Positions 9,077 through 18,260 of a DNA stretch of 64,000 nucleotides are shown here, piece after piece; the first letter of the stretch is position 1, and each line of letters opens with the position of its first letter. The stretch is from assembly GCA_003212345.1 (NCBI GenBank), contig QCPZ01000005.1:20614-84613 (forward strand), written 5' to 3'. Position numbers and translations under genes: made by a program. The notes beneath the pieces are model-generated. The model saw only the letters and a list, made by a program, of their open reading frames with translations. It had not been told where the DNA came from and made no database searches. Origin of the DNA: SAR116 cluster bacterium AG-447-A06. Lineage in GTDB: Bacteria; Pseudomonadota; Alphaproteobacteria; Puniceispirillales; Puniceispirillaceae.

Positions 9077-10735
9077 ATGGGTGAAATGATTAACTTCGAA
9101 ACAAATCCATCTCAATATCGGCACTGGCGCGTCGAATATGACGGTGATGTAGCGCAACTTTTCATGGATGTTGACGAAAATGGTGGTCTATTTGACGGCT
9201 ATGAATTGAAATTAAACTCATACGATTTGGGTGTTGATATTGAACTGGCTGACATTGTCCAGCGTATGCGGTTTGAGCATCCAGAAATTCGGGTTGTGGT
9301 TCTTCAATCAGGCAAGGATAGGGTTTTCTGTGCTGGAGCAAATATTCGAATGCTAGCTGGCGCTCCACACGCTCACAAGGTCAATTTTTGCAAATTTACT
9401 AATGAAACTCGAAATTCAATGGAAAATGCAGAGACTGAGTCAGGCCAAAAATATGTTGCTGCAATCAAAGGCGCCTGTGCCGGCGGTGGCTTCGAACTCG
9501 CACTTGCTTGCAACCACATTATGCTTGTTGACGACGGGGCATCTACCGTGGCTCTACCTGAAGTACCTTTGCTGGCGGTATTGCCAGGTACCGGCGGTCT
9601 GACGCGACTAACAGACAAGCGGCAGGTCCGCCGGGACCTCTGCGATGTTTTCTGTGCGATGGAAGAAGGAGTGCGTGGCACACGTGCACGTGACTGGCGC
9701 CTTGTTGATGAGATTGTTGGCAATTCTAAATTTGATGAAGTTGTTGCCGAGCGAGCGGCGGAATTTGCGTCCGAATTGATTAAGCCAGCTCACGTTGGCA
9801 TCTCGTTGACGCCGCTTCAAAAAACCATTGATAAGGATGGATCAGTAAATTATTCGACCCTCACAGTCGACGTTGACCGGGTGGGCGGCACGGCGACACT
9901 TGTGATAAATGGACCCAATACTGCGCCACCAGCAAGCATGGAAGACTTTGAAAAAGCTGGCAGCGACTCCTACATGTTGCGTCTAGCCCGCGAATTGGAT
10001 GATGCTATCCTGCACTTGCGCCTGAACGAGCGTGAAGCAGGCCTTTTGTTATTCCGCAGTCAGGGCGATCCAGCGGCTTTTCTAGAGCATGAGGAACAAC
10101 TGCATAAAAACTCCAGTCACTGGCTAGCTAACGAAGTGCTGGTATATTGGAAACGGATTCTAAAACGTGTCGATGTTACTTCGCGCTCCATGGCTGCGCT
10201 TGTCGAACATGGGTCGTGTTTTGCTGGACTTATAGCTGAGCTGCTTTTTTCTGTAGATCGCACTTACATGATGGAAGGTGAATTCGAGGGCGATAATCGT
10301 CCTATCGCTACCATAATGCTCTCATCGTCAAATTTGGGCACTATGCCGATGGCGAACGGCTTAAGCCGTCTAGCAACGCGTTTTCTAGGTGAGCCGGAAA
10401 CGCTCGCTGCGGTTGAGGCCGCAGTCGGTATCCCGCTAGATGCCGATGCTTCACGCAACCATGGGCTCGTTACATTTGCCTATGATGATGTCGACTGGGA
10501 AGATGAAGTGAGAATTTTCATTGAAGAGCGTTCCAGTTTCTCTCCGGACGCGATGACCGGTATGGAAGCAAATTTGCGGTTTGCTGGTCCAGAGACAATG
10601 GAAACACGTATTTTTGGTCGTTTGACAGCGTGGCAAAACTGGATTTTTCAACGGCCAAATGCGGCAGGGGAAGAGGGAGCATTGCAGCGTTACGGCACAG
10701 GTATGCGGGGTAAATACAACATGGAACGCGTTTAA
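9077..10735 (+). CDS. boxC: 2,3-epoxybenzoyl-CoA dihydrolase BoxC
   Basis: YRHW, LKLNSYDLGVDIELAD, FCAGANI, HKVNFCKFTNETRN, ETRIFGRLTAWQNWIFQRPNA; start placed at ATG 9077 behind the AGGAG RBS (ORF track starts at 9008). Confidence 0.95.
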   Translation: MGEMINFETNPSQYRHWRVEYDGDVAQLFMDVDENGGLFDGYELKLNSYDLGVDIELADIVQRMRFEHPEIRVVVLQSGKDRVFCAGANIRMLAGAPHAHKVNFCKFTNETRNSMENAETESGQKYVAAIKGACAGGGFELALACNHIMLVDDGASTVALPEVPLLAVLPGTGGLTRLTDKRQVRRDLCDVFCAMEEGVRGTRARDWRLVDEIVGNSKFDEVVAERAAEFASELIKPAHVGISLTPLQKTIDKDGSVNYSTLTVDVDRVGGTATLVINGPNTAPPASMEDFEKAGSDSYMLRLARELDDAILHLRLNEREAGLLLFRSQGDPAAFLEHEEQLHKNSSHWLANEVLVYWKRILKRVDVTSRSMAALVEHGSCFAGLIAELLFSVDRTYMMEGEFEGDNRPIATIMLSSSNLGTMPMANGLSRLATRFLGEPETLAAVEAAVGIPLDADASRNHGLVTFAYDDVDWEDEVRIFIEERSSFSPDAMTGMEANLRFAGPETMETRIFGRLTAWQNWIFQRPNAAGEEGALQRYGTGMRGKYNMERV

Positions 10736-10797
10736 TGGCGACTGAATCAATGGATGCTTCAAACGTCAACACTGTTATCAAATAAAGGCTTTGACAT

Positions 10798-12249
10798 ATG
10801 CAAAATGTAATGAATGTAAGTTACGACACAAAAATCCCAAACAATGTCAATCTGTCATCTGACAGGCGGGTACTGAAGGCGCTTGAAAAATGGCATCCAG
10901 GATATATCGATTGGTGGACTAGATTAATCCCAAAACAGTTCCAAGAGGCTAATGTTTATCTCCGTACCGCTGTCGGCGTTGAGACTGGTGGTTGGGCAAA
11001 ATTCGATTATGTAAAGATGCCAGAATACCGATGGGGTATCCTTCTCGCGCCTCAGGTAGAGGATAGAAAAATTGCTTTTGGAGAGCATTCCGGTGAGAAG
11101 GCTTGGCAGGAAGTGCCCGGCGAATACCGAGCTATGCTACGCCGCTTGATCGTTATCCAAGGCGATACCGAGCCCGGCTCAGTTGAACAACAACGCTTCC
11201 TTGGGCTAACCGCTCCGTCTCTTTATGACATGCGCAACCTGTTTCAGGTCAATGTAGAGGAAGGTCGACACCTATGGGCGATGGTATATTTGCTGCAAAA
11301 ATACTTTGGCGCAGATGGACGTGAGGAGGCAGACATGCTTCTTCGTCGCAGTTCGGGCTCTGATGATGCGCCGCGCATGCTGGGCGCATTCAACGAAGAG
11401 ACACCGGACTGGCTGTCATTCTTCATGTTTACTTATTTCACTGACCGTGATGGCAAGATGCAGCTGGAAAGCTTGGCTCAGTCAGGGTTTGATCCGCTAA
11501 GCCGCACATGCCGTTTTATGTTGACCGAGGAAGCACATCACATGTTTGTCGGTGAGACTGGCGTTGGGCGTACCATTCAGGCGACTGCCGATGCGATGAA
11601 CAGAGCTTGTATTACAGATCCATATGACATCAACTCCATTCGCGATCTTGGGGTAATTGATCTGCCGACGATTCAGAAAAAGCTGAACCTGCATTATTCC
11701 CTGTCGCTCGACCTGTTCGGTCAGGAAGTGTCGACCAATGCGGCGAACGCCTTTAATGCCGGCATCAAGGGTCGTTATATGGAGCACCGCCTCGAAGATG
11801 ATCATAAGCTCTCAAATGACACCTATGATGTAAAGATGGTTAAAGACAACCATATCATTACTGAACAGATGCCAGCACTCAACGCTATCAACATGCGCCT
11901 ACGTGACGATTATGTGAATGATGCATCGGGAGGGCTGAGTCGTTGGAACAGGACATTGAAGCGCGCCAACATTGATTTTGCATTTACTCTGCCGCATGAG
12001 GGTTTCAACCGAAGTATCGGCGTGTTCTCGCCGGTTAGCATTGACCCGCAAGGCAACATTATTTCAGTCGATGAATGGGCATCGCAAGCCTGCAGTTGGC
12101 TGCCAACTAAATCCGATGGCGCGTTTATTCAGTCACTCATGAAGCCTTGCTTTGAGGCTGGTGAATATGCGAGTTGGATCGCCCCTCCCAAGGTTGGCAT
12201 TAACAACCAGCCGGGTGATTTTGAGTATGTGCAGCTTCACATGGCTTAA
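10798..12249 (+). CDS. boxB: Benzoyl-CoA 2,3-epoxidase diiron subunit BoxB
   Basis: KIPNNVNL, YVKMPEYRWGI, QGDTEP, diiron motifs EEGRH and EEAHH, FTDRDGK. Confidence 0.95.
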   Translation: MQNVMNVSYDTKIPNNVNLSSDRRVLKALEKWHPGYIDWWTRLIPKQFQEANVYLRTAVGVETGGWAKFDYVKMPEYRWGILLAPQVEDRKIAFGEHSGEKAWQEVPGEYRAMLRRLIVIQGDTEPGSVEQQRFLGLTAPSLYDMRNLFQVNVEEGRHLWAMVYLLQKYFGADGREEADMLLRRSSGSDDAPRMLGAFNEETPDWLSFFMFTYFTDRDGKMQLESLAQSGFDPLSRTCRFMLTEEAHHMFVGETGVGRTIQATADAMNRACITDPYDINSIRDLGVIDLPTIQKKLNLHYSLSLDLFGQEVSTNAANAFNAGIKGRYMEHRLEDDHKLSNDTYDVKMVKDNHIITEQMPALNAINMRLRDDYVNDASGGLSRWNRTLKRANIDFAFTLPHEGFNRSIGVFSPVSIDPQGNIISVDEWASQACSWLPTKSDGAFIQSLMKPCFEAGEYASWIAPPKVGINNQPGDFEYVQLHMA

Positions 12250-12350
12250 GCATATGATGACTTGTTCGTTCCAATGCCCGCCAGGTCTAACCTTCGTCTT
12301 GAGATAGCGATGACCAAAACTCAAGAATGTAAGGTCATGGAGACAAATCA

Positions 12351-12815
12351 ATGAAGATCAACATTGTCTATGCAACAATTCTAGGCACTTCGCAAATGGT
12401 AGCCGAAGAACTTGAAGACGCCCTTTCAGACCAATATGAAATAGAAGTACAGGACATTTTGGAGGTCAGTCCAACCGAGCTCAAGGATGACGAATTTCAC
12501 GTTTTCATCTCCTCTACAACGGGTCACGGCGATATGCCTGACTCAGCATATGATTTCGTCAATGCTATAAGCAAGACAGGGTCCGACCTCTCAAAGATCA
12601 ATTTTGCGATCTTTGGACTTGGTGATCAGGGATATGCCGACACCTTTAACATGGGCAGTGAGAAACTAGCCGATTTGTTGCGAGGTGCTGGTGCAACGCA
12701 AATTGGTGAACGTGGATTGTTCGATGCTTCGACTGTCGATATGCCAGAGGACATTGCTATTCCTTGGCTAAAAGATATCCTTGCAAACATGCCAGCGCTT
12801 GCTGAAGTGGTGTAG
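12351..12815 (+). CDS. Short-chain flavodoxin (MioC-like)
   Basis: YATILGTSQ FMN loop, SSTTGHGDMPD, FGLGDQGY..F; acidic 154 aa protein with GGAG RBS. Confidence 0.85.
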   Translation: MKINIVYATILGTSQMVAEELEDALSDQYEIEVQDILEVSPTELKDDEFHVFISSTTGHGDMPDSAYDFVNAISKTGSDLSKINFAIFGLGDQGYADTFNMGSEKLADLLRGAGATQIGERGLFDASTVDMPEDIAIPWLKDILANMPALAEVV

Positions 12816-12820
12816 GCGCG

Positions 12821-13612
12821 GTGCCTGTCACTTTGCCGCCCTTTGAGGCCAACCCAGGACTTGTCGAGCTATCACTACGCATTGGTGGCCATGTGCGCAC
12901 GCGGCGCCAAGCTCGCGGTATGTCCCGCCGCATGCTGAGTAAAAATTCGGGCGTTTCTGAACGGTATCTGGCGCAACTGGAAACCGGTAATGGAAATGTT
13001 ACTGTTGGCATACTCCATCGCCTCTCTCTCGTTTTTGGATGTTCCGTGGAAGATCTAATTGGAGGTGGCACGAAGCCAAATTTGGAAAAAAGTCATCGCC
13101 TCGCGCTTCTCGGGGTTCGAGGCGGAGGAAAAACAACGCTTGGCAAGACGGTTTCAAGTAAACACGGCATACCCTTTATCGAAATTTCCAATCAAGTCAA
13201 AGCTGTTAGCGGGATGGATGTCGGCGAAGTAATTTCTCTATACGGTCAAGAAGGCTTTCGACGGTATGAAGAGGAGGCCATTGCCGGTATTATAGAAGAC
13301 TATGAAAAGGTGATTATTGCGATCGGTGGTGGCATAGTTGAAACAGCCGAAAACTATAACCTTTTGTTGCGTCATTTTCATACTATATGGATAAAAACGA
13401 GCGCCGCAGAACATATCAGTCGTGTGCGCGCCCAGGGCGATGAACGCCCGATGGCGGGGTTCGCCGCAGCAGAGGAACATTTAGCCAATATGCTTTCACA
13501 GCGCGAGGCTGAATTCAGCCGGGCTGATCTTGTTATGGATACCAGTCGAGTTCCTGTTGAATGTTCTGTTGCAAAATTGACAGAGTTAATAAGTAGCAAT
13601 GCTATCTTTTAA
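12821..13612 (+). CDS. boxR: BoxR/BzdR family regulator (XRE HTH plus shikimate-kinase-like benzoyl-CoA sensing domain)
   Basis: SGVSERYLAQLETGNGN HTH, LLGVRGGGKTTLG P-loop, RVRAQGDERPM; GTG start. Confidence 0.85.
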   Translation: MPVTLPPFEANPGLVELSLRIGGHVRTRRQARGMSRRMLSKNSGVSERYLAQLETGNGNVTVGILHRLSLVFGCSVEDLIGGGTKPNLEKSHRLALLGVRGGGKTTLGKTVSSKHGIPFIEISNQVKAVSGMDVGEVISLYGQEGFRRYEEEAIAGIIEDYEKVIIAIGGGIVETAENYNLLLRHFHTIWIKTSAAEHISRVRAQGDERPMAGFAAAEEHLANMLSQREAEFSRADLVMDTSRVPVECSVAKLTELISSNAIF

Positions 13613-13681
13613 TTATCGCTCTTGTCTGGCCGAAAGATCCTTTTATGCGTATTGTTTATGACCTTGCATTTGGAGGCCTAA

Positions 13682-15805
13682 ATGGCTGTTACATGGCATA
13701 ATCACGAAAGTTGTGGATTTGTTGTTCTAAACAACCCACCGGTTAACGCAATCAATCATAATATGCGAGCAGGCCTTATAAGTGCGGTAAAGTGGGCTGA
13801 AAGGGAGAAATTAAAACGCGTAATCCTATCGGGCTCGGGGCGTGGCTTTGCTGCTGGCGCCGATACAAAGGAATTCGACCACCCTCCCGTTTCGCCGCAT
13901 CTACCTGATGTCATAAACTGTATTGAGGCAAGCACCGTTCCATGGATTGCCGCCATTCATGGAGCCGCACTAGGCGGTGGCGGCGAACTAGCACTTGGAT
14001 GCCGCTATCGTATCGCTCGAGCTGATGCCACAATCGGATTTCCTGAAGTGATACTTGGCCTTGTACCAGGCGCCGGCGCGACGCAGCGTTTGCCACGCTT
14101 GATCGGGCTTAACGAAGCATTAAAATTAATCCCAACGGGAAAAACCATGTCTGGCAGAGCAGCCATGGCCATTGGATTGGTTGATGCTATTGATGATGAT
14201 CCAATTAATGCTGCAAAGCTGATTGATCAGAAGATATTAAGTGAGGTGGTTCCATTAAATCTGACGAGGGCAGGAGCAGACAAGACAGTAAATTATGACG
14301 TCGCTCGACAAATTGCCATTAGACGAATGCGCGGTCAAGAAGCACCTTTAACGGCCATTTCATTACTGGAGACGGCGCAAACAGCTACCTTTGACGATGG
14401 CATGCAAAAAGAACGAACCGCATTTCTTGCCTTAAGGGCATCATCACAAGCCCGTGCGCTTCGCCATATCTTTTTTACCGAACGCGCTGCCAAAAAGCCG
14501 CCAAAAGCCATTGCAACGCAAAAATCCAACCTAAAGCCGCCAGACCATGTGGTGGTGATAGGTGGGGGCACAATGGGAAGTGGCATTGCCTATGCGTTTT
14601 TGAATGCCAACATCAGAGTAACAATTCTGGAGTCTGATGATCCCGGCATGCAACGGGCAAATACAGCCATTGACACAATCATATCCGCCAGCCTCGCCTC
14701 TGGCCATATTGACCCGCAGGCTGCCGCCGATCGGCGCAATCGTTTGAAAGTGATGATGATCCAGCCCGATCCGGATACAGGAAAGTTAGGCAATGACAAT
14801 CTGACTAATGTTGACCTTGTGATCGAGGCTGTTTTTGAGGATCTTGCGATCAAGAAAGAAATTCTACAAGCCATAGAACCCGCGCTTAACCCTAATGCCA
14901 TTATAGCAACCAACACATCTTATCTTGATGTAAATAAACTTGCCGCATGCCTCGATAATCCATCTAGGTTTGTCGGGCTTCATTTCTTTGCCCCAGCGCA
15001 TATTATGAAGCTTCTTGAGATTGTTAAAGGTAGCGAAACATCACCAGTGGCATTAGCAATGGGATATGCTGTTGCAAAATCACTCGGCAAGATGCCAGTG
15101 GTGGCTGGGGTATGCGATGGTTTTATTGGAAACCGTATTCTTGCAGCGCTACGCGAAGCCGCCGACGCAATCTTGATGGATGGCAGTACACCTAGCGAGA
15201 TTGATGAAGCGATTGTTGCTTTTGGCTATGCAATGGGACCTTATGAAACACAGGACCTTTCTGGCCTTGATATTGCCCATGCAAATCGGCGGCGCCTTGA
15301 TGCAAGCCGCGATCCTTCCCGCCGTTATATCCCCATTGCCGATTATCTGGTCACACAGAACCGACTTGGGAAAAAGACAGGCGCTGGATGGTACCATTAT
15401 CCTAATGGCAAGATCGCTATTGACCCAAAGGTTGAAGATATCATCTGCCGCGAGGCAAAAGCCGCAAACATCAAACGCCGTCATTTCAGTTCAGATGAAA
15501 TCCAACAACGTTTGCTGCTAGCAATGGTCAATGAAGCTGCCAATATTCTGAATGAGGGCATTGCCGTCTCCGCCGCAGATATTGATCTCGTAATGGTTCA
15601 TGGATACGGATTTCCCCGTTGGCGTGGTGGATTAATGCATTATGCCGACCAATTAGGCGCAACACTTGTTATGGCCGAACTCACTCAACTATGCAATGAG
15701 GACCCACTATTCTGGCAGCCAAGTCAGCTCATAATTGATTGCGCCAAGACGGGACGAGATTTTGCATCATATAATAACCAATCAGCCAAACAACCTAATG
15801 CCTAG
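13682..15805 (+). CDS. Bifunctional enoyl-CoA hydratase/3-hydroxyacyl-CoA dehydrogenase (FadB/PimF-like)
   Basis: NNPPVNA, FAAGAD, GGGGELAL, GFPEV, GGGTMGSG, IEAVFE, ATNTSYL, GLHFFAPA, GFIGNR. Confidence 0.9.
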   Translation: MAVTWHNHESCGFVVLNNPPVNAINHNMRAGLISAVKWAEREKLKRVILSGSGRGFAAGADTKEFDHPPVSPHLPDVINCIEASTVPWIAAIHGAALGGGGELALGCRYRIARADATIGFPEVILGLVPGAGATQRLPRLIGLNEALKLIPTGKTMSGRAAMAIGLVDAIDDDPINAAKLIDQKILSEVVPLNLTRAGADKTVNYDVARQIAIRRMRGQEAPLTAISLLETAQTATFDDGMQKERTAFLALRASSQARALRHIFFTERAAKKPPKAIATQKSNLKPPDHVVVIGGGTMGSGIAYAFLNANIRVTILESDDPGMQRANTAIDTIISASLASGHIDPQAAADRRNRLKVMMIQPDPDTGKLGNDNLTNVDLVIEAVFEDLAIKKEILQAIEPALNPNAIIATNTSYLDVNKLAACLDNPSRFVGLHFFAPAHIMKLLEIVKGSETSPVALAMGYAVAKSLGKMPVVAGVCDGFIGNRILAALREAADAILMDGSTPSEIDEAIVAFGYAMGPYETQDLSGLDIAHANRRRLDASRDPSRRYIPIADYLVTQNRLGKKTGAGWYHYPNGKIAIDPKVEDIICREAKAANIKRRHFSSDEIQQRLLLAMVNEAANILNEGIAVSAADIDLVMVHGYGFPRWRGGLMHYADQLGATLVMAELTQLCNEDPLFWQPSQLIIDCAKTGRDFASYNNQSAKQPNA

Positions 15806-15809
15806 TAAT

Positions 15810-17420
15810 TCAAGTTGACACATCCTGCGGGTAAAAACTCTCACCAGACACTCTATTCCAATAAACGGCCAGCCGAGGGTCATCAACTTTCTTACCATCA
15901 ATTAGCGCGTTAATCTCAACACGCGGGTAGATTTGATCAGCGAGCAAGATTTTACTTGCTGAAACTCTGCGCACAATATGACGCCGATTCAATTGACTCG
16001 GATGCTGCAAACCTGCTGACTCCAACATCTCAGCAACTGCTTCCACGCTATTCTTATGAAAATTGAACACTCTTGTAGCCCGGTCTTCAACATCAATGAC
16101 TCTGTACCGCTTGGGATCCATTGTTGCCACTCCACTCGGACACCGGCTTGAAGCACAATCACGAGCCTGAATACATCCAACTGCAAACATGAATGGTCGT
16201 GCCATGTTACACCAATCAGCGCCAAGCGCGCAGTGCCTTACGATATCATAAGCGCTGACAATTTTAGCTGAGGCTGCAATTTTTACGCGGTCACGCAAAC
16301 CAGCCCCACGCAGGCAATTATCAACAAAAACTAACGCATCACGGAGAGGTGAGCCAATATTATCTGTGAATTCGACCGGTGCTGCTCCAGTTCCACCTTC
16401 AGAACCATCTACGGTAATAAAATCGATGACTATTCCACTATCAACCATCGCCCTAACTATTGAAATAACTTCCCACGGATGACCAATACAAAGTTTGATT
16501 CCAACGGGTTTTCCCCCTGACAGTTCCCTCAGTTTATTCGCAAAAGTTAACAATTCATTTGGCGTTGAAAACTCGCTGTGTCTCGATGGTGAGATTACAT
16601 CTTGATAAGCTGGCACACCTCTAGCCTCCGCAATCTCTGGCGTTACTTTCGGTGCCATTAGCATACCGCCATGCCCAGGCTTTGCGCCTTGGCTAAGCTT
16701 TATTTCAATCATTTTTACTTGATCAAGTGTAGCTTTCTCTTTGAATTTCTTCGGGTCAAATTGGCCACATTCTGTTCGACAACCAAAGTAACCTGTTGAA
16801 ATTTGCCAAATCGTATCACCTCCACCAGCTTCGTGATATTTTGATAATGATCCCTCCCCAGTATTATGCGCAAAGCCCCCCAGCCTTGCACCTGCCGAAA
16901 GCGATTGAATAGCGGGGGGCGATAATGCACCAAAACTTGTACCAGAAATGTTTAATACCGAAGCATCATAGGCTCTGTCACCTTCGCCGACACGAATCCG
17001 AAAATCTCTCATTTCAATATGTGATGGAAGCAATGAATGGTTTAACCAGTTAAAATTCTCGGCGTACATATTTTGATCAGAGCCAAAAGGTCGAGTAGCC
17101 AGAATACCTTTAGCTCGCTGGTAAACCATTGCGCGTTGATTCCGAGAATAGGGAAGCTCGTCAGTATCAGACTCCCAAAAATATTGGCGTAATTCTGGAC
17201 GAACTGACTCAAAAATAAACCTAAACCTACCAAGTAAGGGGTAATTTCCGAGTACAGCTCGTTTTTTCTGCGTGTAGTCCGAAATTCCCAAAAGTCCAAG
17301 GGCTCCAAGAACAACGGCAGGGACAAAAAACATCACGTCAACGAGACCAAGTGCGGCAAACGCAATAGATCCTGTGACAGTATATGTTACTAAAGAAAAT
17401 CGTCCGAAAAGATATTCCAT
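15810..17420 (-). CDS. FMN-binding glutamate synthase family protein with N-terminal membrane anchor
   Basis: SFGALS, NTGEG, EIKLSQGAKPGHGG, DGSEGGTGAAP, GCIQARDC...CPSG. Confidence 0.85.
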   Translation of the reverse strand: MEYLFGRFSLVTYTVTGSIAFAALGLVDVMFFVPAVVLGALGLLGISDYTQKKRAVLGNYPLLGRFRFIFESVRPELRQYFWESDTDELPYSRNQRAMVYQRAKGILATRPFGSDQNMYAENFNWLNHSLLPSHIEMRDFRIRVGEGDRAYDASVLNISGTSFGALSPPAIQSLSAGARLGGFAHNTGEGSLSKYHEAGGGDTIWQISTGYFGCRTECGQFDPKKFKEKATLDQVKMIEIKLSQGAKPGHGGMLMAPKVTPEIAEARGVPAYQDVISPSRHSEFSTPNELLTFANKLRELSGGKPVGIKLCIGHPWEVISIVRAMVDSGIVIDFITVDGSEGGTGAAPVEFTDNIGSPLRDALVFVDNCLRGAGLRDRVKIAASAKIVSAYDIVRHCALGADWCNMARPFMFAVGCIQARDCASSRCPSGVATMDPKRYRVIDVEDRATRVFNFHKNSVEAVAEMLESAGLQHPSQLNRRHIVRRVSASKILLADQIYPRVEINALIDGKKVDDPRLAVYWNRVSGESFYPQDVST

Positions 17421-17513
17421 AATCACCCCCACACCAAAAATTTCAGTTTATACGAGCAAAACTTATGGAATTTTGCAAGGGTGGGGTTATCTCATTCCAG
17501 AGCAGTAAGTTAA

Positions 17514-18251
17514 CTATTTCTGCAAAAAACCCTTGGTCTTTAAAAAGTCCAACATATGTGGCCGGGACTCCTTGCTTAGCATTCCTGACATTTGTTCACT
17601 CCAACTCATCGATTTTTGATTGCTGGATCGAGTCGCATAATAGCCACGCACAGCCTCATCATAGTTGCCAAGATCTAGACCGTCTTCTTCAATGCCGTAA
17701 CTATTTTCCCGCAGCACAACATCGATCGGTAAACGTGGTTTCACCTCTGGATTCTGATCAGGCCAGCCAAGGCATAGTCCAAAGACAGGATAGGTGTCAT
17801 GTGGCAGATCAAGAACCGTTGATACTTCTGACGGGTTATTACGAAGCGCTCCAATATAACAAATACCAAGCCCGGCAGACTCTGACGCCACCACAATATT
17901 TTGCGCGACAAGTGCAGCATCAACCGTTGCAATAATAAATTGTTCAGTAAAACCTGTATTTGCTTCGGCTCCATGTAAATCACAACAGCTCGCCGCGCGG
18001 TTCATATCAGCACAGAACACTAAAAATTCGGCAGCTGTCTCAACATAAGCCTGATTATTGGCAAGACTGGCCAATTTCGCTCGCTTTTTCGGGTCAGTCA
18101 CCCGTATTATAGTAACCGCCTGAAAGAAATTGGACGATGCAGCAGCCTGACCAGCCTTGATCAAATCTTGGAACAGGTCCGTTTGAATTGGTCTATTCTG
18201 AAATTGCCTAATCGAACGATGACCTTTTAGCAGCTCAATTGTTGGGTTCAT
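17514..18251 (-). CDS. nfsA: Oxygen-insensitive NADPH nitroreductase / flavin reductase, NfsA family
   Basis: HRSIRQF, AASSNFFQ, AESAGLGICYIGALRN, KPRLP, ESRPHM. Confidence 0.85.
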   Translation of the reverse strand: MNPTIELLKGHRSIRQFQNRPIQTDLFQDLIKAGQAAASSNFFQAVTIIRVTDPKKRAKLASLANNQAYVETAAEFLVFCADMNRAASCCDLHGAEANTGFTEQFIIATVDAALVAQNIVVASESAGLGICYIGALRNNPSEVSTVLDLPHDTYPVFGLCLGWPDQNPEVKPRLPIDVVLRENSYGIEEDGLDLGNYDEAVRGYYATRSSNQKSMSWSEQMSGMLSKESRPHMLDFLKTKGFLQK

Positions 18252-18260
18252 GAAACTACC

